This document shows positions 1 to 13,834 of a DNA stretch of 50,739 nt, in pieces (the first letter of the stretch is position 1; each line of letters begins with the position of its first letter). The DNA comes from Octopus bimaculoides (lineage: Eukaryota). Where the stretch lies: positions 79,589,172-79,639,910 of the forward strand of contig NC_068991.1 of the NCBI RefSeq assembly GCF_001194135.2, written 5' to 3'. The translations under genes and the position numbers were made by a program. A model generated the notes under the pieces. That model did no database searches. It was not told where the DNA came from and worked only from the letters and a program-made list of their open reading frames with translations.

Positions 1-132
1 ATATATATACATATATATGTAAAATAGTGTTAGCACTTACGGAACGTGAATTTTCTGTATCCAATGTAATTGATGAGTATATAAACAACATTGAGCGCTT
101 CTCTCTCTGGGATTGGTTGAATTGACGTAGAC

Positions 133-178
133 GCCTCTGATGAGAACCCAATGAGATTCGGAAATCGATTACTGGGGC
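133..178 (+). ncRNA. Degenerate type I hammerhead-like motif, probably in a PLE pseudo-LTR remnant
   Basis: CTGATGA at 137-143; stem II GAACC/GATTC with one mismatch; extra G; GAAA at 161-164; palindromic stem III ATCGAT. Stem I pairs poorly. Confidence 0.35.
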
Positions 179-670
179 TTATCAATTTTCAGAGAAACCT
201 CTTAATTAACCCTGTATATTCATTGGTGAGATTATATATATAGGTAAGTTACACAAACACACACACATTATGATGACCTTAAATATACATAAGTGTATTA
301 AATGTAATGTCAAATCTCTTGGTCAAATTATTCAAACCAGTGAGCAAGATCTAATCGATTATATTGTTTTTCCTGAACACTATCGTTAGCATTTCATTGC
401 TTTCTTCTGGTTACTGAGAAAATAAAGCGAACGCAGATTTCGGAGAAATGTATGTGTAACAAGTTGCAGTTCGACCGTATTTATTTAACTTCGCAAATGA
501 GGTAGAAACATTAATTTAATAATAATACATATTACGAAATTTGCATCGGATCATGGAAAGAGGAGTGATTTATCGTTGACTTGATTTTCAAATTATTTGA
601 TTTATAATAAATTGCAATAACAACAGATGTAGCAGTAGTAGCAACAGCAATAATAATAATGATTGCAAAT

Positions 671-860
671 TTTGGCACAAAGCCAGCAATTTCGGGGAGG
701 GAGTAAATTGGTTACGTCGACCCCAGTACTTAACTCGTACATCATTTATCCACCTCAAAATAATGAAAAGCAAAGTCGATCACGGCTGAATTTGAACTCA
801 GAACATAAAGACGGACGAAATGCCGTTAAGCGTCTCGCCCGGTGCGCTAACGATTCCACC
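671..860 (-). mobile_element. tRNA-derived SINE, family A
   Basis: Matches other in-window copies (aaagtcga...atttgaactcagaac..aaagacggacgaaat...gctaacgattc). B-box GAGTTCAAATTC on the minus strand. Confidence 0.8.
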
Positions 861-1001
861 ATAATCGCAACATTAATTATATAACACATTTTATTCACCT
901 TGTCCACTACCACTATGTCCCCACACGTACACACACATACGCACACATAAACACATACACACATATATATATATATATATATGCATATATGTCTTTTATA
1001 T

Positions 1002-1127
1002 TGTACTTGATTCAGTCACGAGTGTACCGTCATGCTGGGGCACCACCTTGAACAGTTTTTATTCGAATGAATTGATCCTAATGCTTTTTTTTTAAGCCTG
1101 TTACTTTATCGACTGAACCGCTACTTA
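1002..1127 (-). mobile_element. SINE family B, tail fragment
   Basis: Similar to 17420-17530 (taagcctg.tact..tatcg...ctgaacc.cta). Confidence 0.5.
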
Positions 1128-4100
1128 CACACACGCACATACATAATAGATCGGGATTCAAGTGACTCAAACACTTAAATGGTAAGGCACCGGCGCTCGA
1201 GTCGCAAAATAAAATGCATGCACGAGAAAAATAAAGAAATAGATACATAGGCGCCAAAGTACAGTCAGAAAGATATTCAGGTTATGTATGCAATTAACTG
1301 TACCTGCCTGAGTAGATAATGAGGCTAATCCAAAAACGCACATTGCATTAAATGCACGGTCCATAAAAAACTTCGGATCTACGGAAGGAGTAGGTTCTGA
1401 ATAAATAACAACAGATGGATGATGTGTGAATTCACTACAGAAGTTTCTAATGAATTGGTAATTGATTAACGATGACTTCATTACAAAACACCATTTTCAT
1501 CAGGTGAATACGTGAANNNNNNNNNNNNNNNNNNNNNNNNNNNNNNNNNNNNNNNNNNNNNNNNNNNNNNNNNNNNNNNNNNNNNNNNNNNNNNNNNNNN
1601 NNNNNNNNNNNNNNNNNNNNNNNNNNNNNNNNNNNNNNNNNNNNNNNNNNNNNNNNNNNNNNNNNNNNNNNNNNNNNNNNNNNNNNNNNNNNNNNNNNNN
1701 NNNNNNNNNNNNNNNNNNNNNNNNNNNNNNNNNNNNNNNNNNNNNNNNNNNNNNNNNNNNNNNNNNNNNNNNNNNNNNNNNNNNNNNNNNNNNNNNNNNN
1801 NNNNNNNNNNNNNNNNNNNNNNNNNNNNNNNNNNNNNNNNNNNNNNNNNNNNNNNNNNNNNNNNNNNNNNNNNNNNNNNNNNNNNNNNNNNNNNNNNNNN
1901 NNNNNNNNNNNNNNNNNNNNNNNNNNNNNNNNNNNNNNNNNNNNNNNNNNNNNNNNNNNNNNNNNNNNTATATATATATATATATATTGTTGACGTTACA
2001 ATAAGTTATGAATTTTCGAGACAACGTAAAATAATTCATTTTGGGAAAGTCTATAAATAGCCATGTCCATATTAATTTCAAAACACCTTATCAATAAAGT
2101 AAGTCGAAGGTTGCCGGTGAGACGCGAACCCACAGCTCCTGTCATTCTGCTTTTGGAACAAAGCAATTCTTCGAAAATTTATACCCATTTTAGAAAGTTT
2201 CTTCTCATCAGGTTGTCGGTGTTACAAGACTTTAAAAACTTGCGACAGAATGAGAAATAATTGATTTTTGGAATGGATTTCTAAGCACAAAAATGCTCTA
2301 ATTAATAGCACGAATAAATATAATTAATAGCAAGCATAAACAATTGACTTTCTGGTAGATTCGAACGTGATTATGTTTCTTGCCAAAGGATAACTTCTTT
2401 CAGATGACTGTTTAGTCATAACTCAGTTGATTCATTTGCGCAAGAGAGTTTTCAACCACTTGTGCCTTCTCAACCAAAGCCACCGTGGTCTACTGAATCT
2501 AACAAAATTTTGTGGCTCTTGATTATAACTTAACAAATAAGTTATTTGCTGATCCGGTATTAACACACATTCCTCTAAAATGAGAAGTTATTCTCCATTT
2601 ATGAGATACAACATTGATTAGCATATTTCGTATGTGTATTTCGTGTGCAAGATTCTTGATGTGGATGCGTGTCACAACGCCAAAACAACGCCAGATCATA
2701 CATTCAAAATAAATGGAAGTGGAGAGACAAGTTACCGAAGAGATTGCAAGAGTGCAATGGAATAATTTAACAAAAAACTATATAAATTAATAAAGGACTG
2801 AACCAGTGCGTGTGTTTATTACCGGCATAATGCCTCTCCCAAGGTTTAATTGATTCGCATATTTAAGTTGAAATCTGCTGGAACGAAATCAGAATGAATA
2901 TGGAACTCACTGTTTTTATTCTAGCTGTGTACTGTGCGCATGTCTACATATATGTGTATGTGTGGGTGCGTGTATACAGAGAGAGAGAGAGAGAGAGAGA
3001 GAGGATATTCACACACATATACAACGAATATTTGGAATGCAATTTCAATTTTGTGAAATATTCTACTCAAAACCTAATGAAACATAACCAAATCTGAAAG
3101 GTCTTTAATGTTACACTCCACTGATTTTGATGTCCACAGCTCTTATTGTGTTAAACAAAATATATAATAAATACAAAACAAGTTTCTCGAAAAAATAGTT
3201 TTCAGAAAGAAGAACATCAAATTCTGAAATCTCGCGCTAGCAATTGTGATGGCGGCTGTAATTGATTTATGTATAAATCCGTGATGCAATTTAAATAGAT
3301 TTTTGGTTTTTATATCCATCGTATATTATATTATCGAATAACGTTGAATCATTTACACAAAGTAAATAAATAGATAAATAAATTTACGTATAAATACATT
3401 TATGTGTTTGATTTGGATGTTTGATAACCAGAGAAGGCAAATAACGAGAGCATACGAAACTTGAGATAGAAAGAAAAGGTTGTCTTGTTTTGAGATTTCC
3501 AGTCCTGAGACGAAAGACAAATATGGCGGATATGTAAATGCCACGATAGCGAGTGTTTACACAATATAATAAAGCAGTCTAGAAGATTTGGTTCACATGT
3601 ATCTATAACAAATCCATCTACAACAGAAGATATTGTAGATTTGTTTAGATATACAAATACATAAGCAGTATTAATCTCATCATTATTTACAATACGATGA
3701 TGAAGTATATCAGTGCAAACAATTATTTACAGAAAAGACTGTGCTACGTGAGATTTTATTTAAGTATATCCTGTTCTTTATATATTTTGTTATATATTAA
3801 GTTCCTTTTATTTCTCAAATATGTTATATGTTGGACTATTTATACCAGGTAAAATTGTGTGTAAATGCAAGGACTATGGAGATTTCTGCTTGAAAGTAGT
3901 TAATGGATAGACAAGGTGCCAAATATTGATAGATGTTCAGCATGAGAAATGAATGATAATACAAGATTTAATGAACGAAATCTCATTCCTGTATAGGTGT
4001 AAACACTGTTAGCACTAAATTGTATGTTAATACATTGTTAATAATAAAATACAATGAATAGCTTCGAACATATTTCAAAGAAACAGCTATGGTGATTTGT

Positions 4101-4295
4101 TGATATCATTCATACACAAAAGTAGAAAGATTTCTTGGCGCACAAACTTCGATGAACCGCAATTATAATATGGATATTATCACTGCATCAAAAGTGAGGT
4201 TTCTTTTCAAAATAACTGGTTGTGTAGAGCTAATTGCTAGTAATATATGAACTTGTAACTGTGACAGTGTCACAAGGCTACATATTTTGGTGAGA

Positions 4296-4462
4296 CGTAG
4301 ACTTGATTAAATCGACCAGTGAACTAAAAAATTATTTTATTATTAAGTAAATTCCAGAATGACGAAAGACAAAGTTTATTTCAACAGGATTTCGACTTGA
4401 AACTTAAAAGACTGTACCGCATTATAATTTTCTTTGGTGTGCTAACGATTCTGCAAGTCTAT
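4296..4462 (-). mobile_element. Degenerate SINE family A
   Basis: Landmarks gaaagacaaagt, ggatttcgact and ggtgtgctaacgattctgcaag occur in the same order as in other copies. Confidence 0.5.
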
Positions 4463-5692
4463 GGCCACAAACTAAGGGTAATATAAAGAAACCTTATATA
4501 TTATTAATTTACCTTATGATGTTTTGTATGTCAGGATTCAGTCAACTATGTCTCCATCATACTGGTATTAATTTTGCACCTACGTTAGAAATCAATAATA
4601 TAAGTTATTTTATGGTGGAACATTATTTAAATGTAATTCGAAAATAATAATTAAATTTACTTGGTCATAACTTCAATATTATATATAGATATAGGTGCCG
4701 TGAACTGTCAAGATGTCTAGCATTATTCATTAGACGGTCTTTCATTTAATATGGCCTCCAGACTATAGTGTAATATCATGTTGCCATTGATTTGGCTAGA
4801 GTTCAACACATGAGAAATAATTCATTCGAAGAAAATAAGCTTTTTCTAACACACACACACACACACACACACAAATAGACACACACACATATATGTATGC
4901 AAGCATATTTTATTTGTGCATTAATGGCTTCTATTGGTTTCATGTTAAGAAAATATCTAAACAATTATTCAAGTCGATTGTAGAGACAAATATGTGTTCG
5001 TCTCCATTTTGGATTAAAACACGAGAAAACACGGGAATTCGCGAGAAAGTTTGATAAACAACAAAAAATCAACGGAGAAAAATCTTGTACAACCAATCTT
5101 GAGTGATTATCTCCCTTGGGTTTGACTTTTGGGACAAAATGTTCTGAATGTGATATCTTGGGTAAGTGTAATATTCGTATATTTGTGTATTGATGAAATT
5201 CACCATGAGAGCATGTGGCTTCTGTGTATGGAGCTGAAAGAAGAACGACCACGTAGTGCACCGATACTACAAGGATAAGCTTTTCTTCTGTGAACATGAA
5301 CATCAAATATATACGTCATATTCAACCTCAGCAGATATTAAAATGTTCTAATGTCGGAAATGTCCCAAAGAAGCAAACAACAAATTAAACATACAAATTA
5401 TAGCGAGTCATTATACAAGCTTTTTCGATAACAAAATTCTTTGATTACCGGAATAAAATTTTCATTTAAAGGACTGCAGTAAGTTCTGAAAAGGGAAAAC
5501 CTTTGTGGAAATCAGAACTCACATTTCATTCCAGATTAATATAAATGTCACGTTTTCTTTTCTTTTTTTCTTCTTCTTAGAATGCCTTGGTAATGTAAGT
5601 TGCAAAATCCCCATTTCCCTCAACAACAATGATATCAGCAAAGATTGTAAAAGTCTTGCCTCTATAGTGGCAATGCCTCATATTTTTGTATG

Positions 5693-5877
5693 TGGCGTGG
5701 GGGATCGTCGATTACATCGATCCCAATGCTAAGCTGCTACTTATTTCAAAGTTCCCGAAAGGATGAAAGACAGCAAAGTCGACCTCAACAGCATTTGAAT
5801 GGAGATCGTAAAGACGGGCGTTATGTTCTTTAGTATTTTTCCGGCGCACTAACAGTTGCGCTTGCTCACAGCCTTAT
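5693..5877 (-). mobile_element. SINE family A
   Basis: cccgaaaggatgaaagacagcaaagtcgacctcaacagcatttgaa...cggcgcactaac...gctcacagcctt. Confidence 0.75.
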
Positions 5878-6351
5878 CAAATGTAATACAATGAAACCTG
5901 AGACTGTGTTATATTTAATAGAATATTACACTGTAAAGACGTAGATTATAGATCATTAATTGATGAAAGTTATTAACGAAGTATGTCAGAAATAGCATCC
6001 TTCACAACGGCAGGCTCTTGCCATGTTCTCCGACCCTGCTCTTCCACGTTCAAATATATCGCCTCGAACTTCCTCCACATTGCTGAAACCATTCATTCCC
6101 TTAAACTGTCCAAAGTTCAGCTCCCCAAAAGAGGGAAGAAAGCACTGTAGCCCCGTATACCTTTCATTTGACGCGTATACTTACAAGCCTATTTGTCTAC
6201 AATCTTTCTTGTAGCTTATGTTGATAAAAAAGATATGAAAGTATTTTACTCAGGACTTCGAGACGTGTACAGGGATACGGTCCTCAAGCAATAGGTACAA
6301 GATGAATAATAAACCACACACGAAGCAAAGAACCACGTCGCCACCGTTTCC

Positions 6352-6390
6352 ATCACTACTACTACTACTACTACTACTACTATTACTAAC
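6352..6390. repeat. (TAC)n microsatellite
   Basis: Direct inspection. Confidence 0.9.
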
Positions 6391-7330
6391 TCCACTATAT
6401 TTGTGACCGATAAGGGAGATAATACAAACACAAATAAGTGACTGGAAATATTCCTTCACTTAAAACAATTATTCTACTAAAATGTAGAAACCACACCACC
6501 ACCAGCAACTCGATGGTGGTGTTTTAAACAAGTAACCTTTGTGTACGCGCGGAACTATTTGCTTGCTTTCGTGGGCGAAATGGAAGTAGCAGGCATCAAA
6601 CTCCTTAATTGATGTTATTGAAGTAAAAGAGGAAATGTTACTAAAATGTAATTCGATCCGCACCATTCCATAAGCAAGTAACACAACTGGACAATATATG
6701 GAAACATATGCACTGACGCCCACGCATAAACACAAGACCAATTGATAAATGGTACAGAGGAATATAGTTTCACCACCCACACCCGTCACAAATCCCATAC
6801 CAGACACATACACGAATGCGAACACGCACACAGACATACATATACACATCTACACGCAGACACACACAAACATGTTCTTTCTAATATATTTACAGAATTA
6901 ACAACATCAAACATGCACGTATCCTCACATAAACACATGCACACATGCACGCACATGAATGCATACTCATACTAACACACAACAATGCACACACTCTATT
7001 TCTCTCTCCCACATTCACGAACATTCTCCTTAACAATTAAACAAATATTGAACTGAATAGCAAAGAGATAGACAGATAGACAGACCCGAGGCAAAAGTCA
7101 GGTCGAGAGGGAATATCGTTAAAGAGGTTGCGGTTGACGACGAATGAATTCTCACATACATAATTGATTGATTGACTGATTAATCAAACTATTAATCAGA
7201 TAATCGATTAGATTCTTAAATACTTAAGCAATTAACGAATAATAAAAAAAAAGTTAAATAGAACCTGGGCGTGTGTTTATTATTGGCATACTCAGGTATA
7301 AAAATACCCTCACATACAAATATATATACA

Positions 7331-7484
7331 CAACAGGCTTCTTTCAGTTTCTGTCAACAAAATCCACTTACAAAGCTTTGCTAGGCCCGTGGCTATAGTA
7401 AATGATAATAGTTAAATATGCCACGCTGTGGGATTGAACCCGAACCCATGTGGATCGGAAGGACGCTTCTTACCTCTCCTACAT
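7331..7484 (-). mobile_element. tRNA-derived SINE, family B
   Basis: ggcttctttcagtttctgtcaacaaaatccacttacaaagctttg...gccacgctgtgggattgaaccc, homologous to the 17630-17784 and 47360-47526 copies. Confidence 0.8.
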
Positions 7485-8006
7485 CTAATATTTAGTAAAT
7501 GGCTTTTTACCTTGAGTTGAGACCTCTTCGAACTTTTCTTTTTCGATAAACAAAATATAATTCAATTATAAAGGTTGGGCTGATCGACTGTGCAGCATAT
7601 ATAAAATTCGATTATTTCTGATAATGTAAGAAATCAATATTTGTATTCGATATTTTGAAGTGACTCTAGTGTTATATTCGATTTTCCATCCTGCCGGTGA
7701 CATTCACTTCCTGCTGATACGTACAGCGGTCTACACTAAACATTTGAAAGCCAAGCCTCGCATAAATTAGGAAAATCTTCATAGGAAGAATATATAATTA
7801 AAATAGATATTCCACTATACTTTAAAAAAGATGGAGTTCTTTTCAAAAATGTTGAATTAGGTGTCAATATTGAACAAAAGCTATTCACAGTGGAAGGTGC
7901 CATTAAATTTAAAGAAACAGTCTTTCCAGTTACCAAAAATATTTCTTCGGGGAAAAATTGAAGATACATTATAATTCACATGCAAACGTGTGTGTGTGCT
8001 GGTGTG

Positions 8007-8062
<56 letters not shown>

Positions 8063-8065
<3 letters not shown>

Positions 8066-8588
8066 TAGCTGAGACACCCGGCGTCGCTCGGGATTACAAT
8101 GGTATAGTTTATATATGTATATATATATATATATTAGAGTTAGGCTGAAACAGGTGAATCGGGAAAGTGCAGCATTGACGACAAAACATTGGTGGAGTAA
8201 ATGATGGTCTGATTCGACTAATCGACATGTAATACATTGGAGGATTCCAAGTGCTAACCTATCATGGAAAATTGGGGCTGAAAGTATGTAATTTTCTAAC
8301 CCACCGAAAAGCTCAGTCGAATATTCTCAGCGAATATTCTCAGCGAATATTCTCAGCGCTACGTGTAACACGACCCGTCGTATGGTTGACAGTCAAATGA
8401 ATTGAGGTGTAATGGAGATATTCTAAGTAAATGGGTACATTCTAGAAATGGGTTGCAATGGGAGACGGTAAGGAGCTGGTAGTGCTTGCAATCTTACCTT
8501 ACCGCTCGAGCAGCACATGCCATTTGTTTCATTTGGAAATTTGAAAGCCTTGCAGAAATTTGAGTGTAGCACACCATTTTATATAGAA
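8063..8588. mobile_element. Possible non-autonomous Helentron/DINE-like element
   Basis: Starts TACTAG with a subterminal hairpin CCCG(8077-8080)...CGGG(8089-8092), has an internal tandem repeat and ends ttttatataga. Family call is from pattern recall only. Confidence 0.4.
8318..8358. repeat. 13-bp tandem repeat (CGAATATTCTCAG)x3
   Basis: Three exact copies starting at 8318, 8331 and 8344. Confidence 0.95.
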
Positions 8589-9439
8589 TTATCATTTTTA
8601 TAGGAATAGGATGGATCATATCTGAAAGCAGCTCCTGGTGTTGCGAAGAGCGAATTTGCATATGATCTATTTGTGAGAGCTATTGTATTGGACCTCCGTC
8701 TAATCTGGCGTTAAACGTTGCTCTAATGATTCAGCATTAAGTATTACAGCATGCCTTAGCTGATATTGGGAAAATCTCATCTCCCTTCTCTCTCGAGTCT
8801 GACGTGCAGCGGCATGCATCTGCTGACCTTGAGAAAGTCTAGTCTTCTTTCTCTGTCGAGACACTCGCCTTTGTTTTCTGTAATCGTCCTCGCCTTATAC
8901 GTGATTCTGGAGGGATTACGTCTTTTTTGGGGTGGCGTATTTATTCAATATTGTAAACAAAAAATTATGAACATAGAAAAAATATACATTAATCTCTATT
9001 TTTGTAAACAGTTGTAAATATATATTATGTCCTTATTTTTGTATGCTGTGTAAATTTATGAAATATAAAGAAATGAACGAAATAACACATGTGTGGAACT
9101 GCTAATTTAACGGTAAATGCTACAATAATTATTACAGAGAGACAAAGAATTTTATATTTTTACCTGCCAACCTTGGAACTGCTGCGATAATTNNNNNNNN
9201 NNNNNNNNNNNNNNNNNNNNNNNNNNNNNNNNNNNNNNNNNNNNNNNNNNNNNNNNNNNNNNNNNNNNNNNNNNNNNNNNNNNNNNNNNNNNNNNNNNNN
9301 NNNNNNNNNNNNNNNNNNNNNNNNNNNNNNNNNNNNNNNNNNNNNNNNNNNNNNNNNNNNNNNNNNNNNNNNNNNNNNNNNNNNNNNNNNNNNNNNNNNN
9401 NNNNNNNAAAAAATGTTTTTCCTAAAAACGTTCAATGAC

Positions 9440-9600
9440 GTTAACTGGAGTGTGGGGTTCGAGTAGACGTCATTCCACCTTTTGATTTATCATTACCATT
9501 CTTTTCGTTCGATTTTATTTTTCCTCCATTTTTGTGTTTTTTCTGTCCTTGTGTTGTTCCCTCTGTGTTTCGACCCTGTGTGGTTAATAAAAAAATTAAG
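9440..9600 (+). mobile_element. Probable SINE family A 3' tail variant
   Basis: actggagtgtggggttcgagtagac...ttctgtccttgtgttgttccctctgtgtttcgaccctgtgtgg.taataaaaaaat; recalled tail pattern, degenerate. Confidence 0.4.
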
Positions 9601-11461
9601 TCGTCAAGTATGTATATGTATGTGTAGATGTGTATGCGTGTGTGTGTGTGTGTGTGTCTAATAACGTACCGTATTTAGAATGTCTGTACTTTTGTATGCA
9701 GTATAAATTAAGGAAATAGAAGTACTTGTACAGAGAGACAAAGAATTTTATATTTTTACCTGCCAACCTTGGAACTGCTGCGATAATTATTAATCGGTAA
9801 TGCAACAGTAAATGTGTTTGTTTTAAAGGAAATGAAAATAAAATTTCGTATTGACACTTCACGCATGTCAGTCGTCAGGTATGTATGCGTAGACCTGTGA
9901 GTGTTTAATAACGTACCGTGATAATATGTCTGTATTTTTGTATGCAGTGTAAATTAATCCCCCCAAAATTACAGTATCGAAATGTGATTGTNNNNNNNNN
10001 NTACACACATATATAGTAGGACGTGATTTTGTGATTTTGTGACTTCTAAAGCAGCTAGAAGTGTCTTCCCTTTGTGGCAGTAGGTATAGATTAAAGCAAA
10101 GAAAAGGCAAACTATTTAGCATGACTTGACAAGGACATTTAATTTAGCTATTTAAACATTTCATTATATAGCTAAATCAAATGCCCTTGTCAATTCTTGC
10201 CAAACTGTTTGCCTTTTCTATTCTGCTTTACACTAGACCAAAAATAAATACATTAGTGGCCAAAATGGCGATCATAAAGGCACTTCGTGAAACAAATGGA
10301 TTTTCCTGAACAATGAATAGAAAAAACGTACACTTTGTAGTAACTTACGGTTTCTTTGAAAACTAGTATTTTGACAATATTGCATAATATTATCCATAGA
10401 TTACCACAGTAAGTAGTATAGAAAAGGTATCACTCATAATCTAACAAATGCTATTCAGTTTCTGAACTTAAAATTGACGGTGAACACATTTTATTTATAA
10501 AAAGGAATGCAAGTATGTTGTCGCACCAGACTGACTAAGCAGGGGTAAGCATAGGGTACAGTCGGAAAAGTAGGCCTAACCTTGGGAAGTCGACAGTGCA
10601 CTGTACTGACGAGAAGGCCTTTAGTATTGAGAATACTGAAATTGATAACGGCATCATGATTGCACCTCTTCGTGGAATATCACGTATGCAAAAGTAATTA
10701 CAAATTTATAATAACAGCACCCATACATTATATCTATTTTAATAAACTTTTATATATATATATATATATATNNNNNNNNNNNNNNNNNNNNNNNNNNNNN
10801 NNNNNNNNNNNNNNNNNNNNNNNNNNNNNNNNNNNNNNNNNNNNNNNNNNNNNNNNNNNNNNNNNNNNTCTCTTTAGAGCAATACATAAATACATAAAAG
10901 AGATAACTATATACATATATTTTTTGGTAAATCGTTATGTGTGTACTTGTGAGAGTATGCCGAGAGAGGTTGCCGAGGTCTGTTTATACACTGCATATTA
11001 TCAACTATTTATGAGTCCATTAACTTTCGCGAAGACAGTATTTCATCAGTTACGAAACTATTATAGATTCTTCGTTATATTCAATGTACACATTCTATAT
11101 TGCTTTTTCGTCGGCTTGGAATTCTATTGTCCGTTACATGAATTTACATATTAAATCTTAATACAATAGCGGCATATTACTTGTCATAAACTATCGATCT
11201 CACAAGAAAAACTCAGTAGTGAAATAATATTACTGCAATATTAAAATCTTCTTTATATGTATGTGTCAAAGGGTGTGTCAGCTTATTAAGATGTGTGTCT
11301 GTGCACGCATCTGTGCGATTGTGAGCGAACAGTTTATAGGTTGGAAAATATTCGTTAAGTTAATGTTTGTAGATACATGTGCGTTTGTTTTCAGTCAGTT
11401 TATTTGTGAAGGTGTGTCTGTTGTGCTTGCTGTTGTAGTGTGTATGAAGCATTAGTAGTGC

Positions 11462-11518
<57 letters not shown>

Positions 11519-11531
11519 GCTNNNNNNNNNN

Positions 11532-11572
<41 letters not shown>

Positions 11573-13791
11573 GCTAGAATTTGTACATAGCTAACCAACA
11601 ACGATATCCATACCTCTCAGATGACCGAACCCACAATGCCCTAAATCCCTAATATTTGTCGGTCAAATGTTCCCCCAATCGACGCTGATTTGGTCGGATC
11701 GTTCCTGCGACGATTGTCTGTTATTTGCCTCGGTGGCCCGTGCTCTTTCTTCAAATTCTGCCAAAGGGATCTTTGCGTTCGGCGTTTCTTGATCAATATA
11801 AACATTATTATTTCTCCGCAGTAATACGCTTTCTCACTCCCCCTATCTATTTTCTCTCTCCCTCTCTTTCTCTCCCCTCTTTCTAGTATTCTTTCCCTCT
11901 GAAAGAAATCAGTTCTGCTTCGATCTGTGGAGGAAGAGTTTCTGCCATGTTTAAGCTGGGTCATATGTCGTCCATGCTGTGAAAATCAAGATGACGACCG
12001 AATACCTCCATTACGAGTCAAAACGACGAACCGTAATATCAGATCATAACATAAGATCTTTGATCTTTCTGTCAACACCTCATATGGAAGATCGCTTCCC
12101 TAAAACGGAGGATCGTCTCATCACTCTACAAACATTATTTTGGACCACCACAAACAACTGTTGGATTTGTAATACTTTGTTTCAACCACTTTAATTCTCC
12201 ATATAGGATTTTTTGTATGTAAACATATATACATTTTTCTTTTGTATTTCATGTATTTGGTATACTTTGTATATTGACCTGCCTAACGTGCTTATCCTTA
12301 CATTTACTTCTCTACCCGATCACGTTTATACCTCTGGAGCACTACTGTCTTCTATACGGAGAATATCTGATGCTCATCTATGAACTATGAACCATAATAT
12401 ATGCATGTGCGCGTGTGTGTGTGTGTGTATGTGTGCGTGTGTGTGTCTGTGTGCATGTGTGCATGTGTGCGCGTACGTGTGTATGCATGTATGAAGGCAT
12501 TATCGTTGGCTTATCGTTCTTTTCCTTTCATTCCCTTCTTTTCTGATTCTTCATTAGGCTGGAATGCCATATGCACTGATTATGTTCTCCTTTCTTGAGA
12601 CAGTCAGTCTTTATAGTAATCACAACAAATTATGCCTGAGTCGTCGTATGTAGCTCTGATAATCTGCGGGGATTTTTTTGTGTCAGGAGCTTATTTCAAT
12701 TTGATTCACTCCTGTCTTCTTAGCATGTCTTCACGATAAATTGTTGCATTCTATATCTACATGGCAACATTCCATGGCGTTGACGACGACGTATATATTG
12801 GTATATTTATAACCATGTAACTGAATTACTTAATCCTTGTGAGTCTATTTTACCGCTATCACGAACCTCTGGCAGACGGTGATTTTATGAACAAAGTGCG
12901 TTATATAAACTAAATAAAGAAATAGCCGTTTCTGTAAATAACGTTCATACAGCTGTACTAGTTGTCAAGCCATTTAACTTTCATTTGAAATTATTGATAC
13001 AAGTAGAAAAAGAAGCTACAAATTAGGTAAACCCCGCTGTTCAAATCCATGACATTATTGTAAATTAGACATTAACAGAATTCAATATTTCCCAAGATAT
13101 TCGCCGGCAGCACATCCGTCTTCATATCGCTGTTTTGAACAAATTTAAATAAATAAATTATGAAGAATTTTCTTTCAAACAATTGATATTGACAACTAAA
13201 TTTGAAGAGAGCTGAGAAAACCATTTTATGGGTATTCGATATTGTAGAAATAGAAATCAAATATCCATCAAATTGCATCCGATAGGTTTTTGTGTTTAAC
13301 TTAATCATTTTTTGCACTTAAATTACATTGAGTGATGTAATTTTAGTATTACAGACTTGGCATCAAGACGGGTAGATATTGTAGGAGGGCTTTTGTTACG
13401 TCTAATTGCATTCAACGTTTTTTCCTTTATAACTGGAAGGGCACATATTGAATAATATACCTTACGTAGAAACAAAAACGCATTGCATAAAGCCGGGAAG
13501 ATGGTGATAGTAGAAAAGTTCTTGTTCGTAGATCTATTCCAGAAGCGTTCACCAAGAATAATCATTTACAAACATTACTAGTAAACGACGGTCCCCCACA
13601 TTACTGCTAAATTGTAATGTCTCCATCCCGCTAGTGTTAGAAATTCTTTCACCCGTCTGTGTGGTTCTTTCTGAAGAATTGCGTGTCTCATGGGATCAAA
13701 TAGATTTAACGTAGTGGAGGAAATTTTGTCTGCCAAACCTTTTCCAAAATATAGCAAGCACTAATTTATCCTACCACAAAATATAATAGAA

Positions 13792-13834
<43 letters not shown>

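Noticed and set aside
2110-2140. tRNA T-arm-like sequence on the minus strand (GGGTTCGCGTCTCACCGG)
   Set aside because: No cloverleaf or A-box; at most a decayed SINE head, not a tRNA gene.
2197-2211. Minus-strand CTGATGA-GAA-GAAAC
   Set aside because: No stems; probably chance.
5100-5168. Possible host exon ending at G|GTAAGT (5161/5162)
   Set aside because: No convincing acceptor or recognisable protein; isolated donor-like motifs are common.
8318-8358. Short direct repeats as a CRISPR array
   Set aside because: The units are contiguous with no spacers, in eukaryotic context with no cas genes.
10601-10651. CTGACGA...GAAAT hammerhead-like spacing
   Set aside because: The insert forms two small hairpins rather than a closed stem II, and stem I is out of register.
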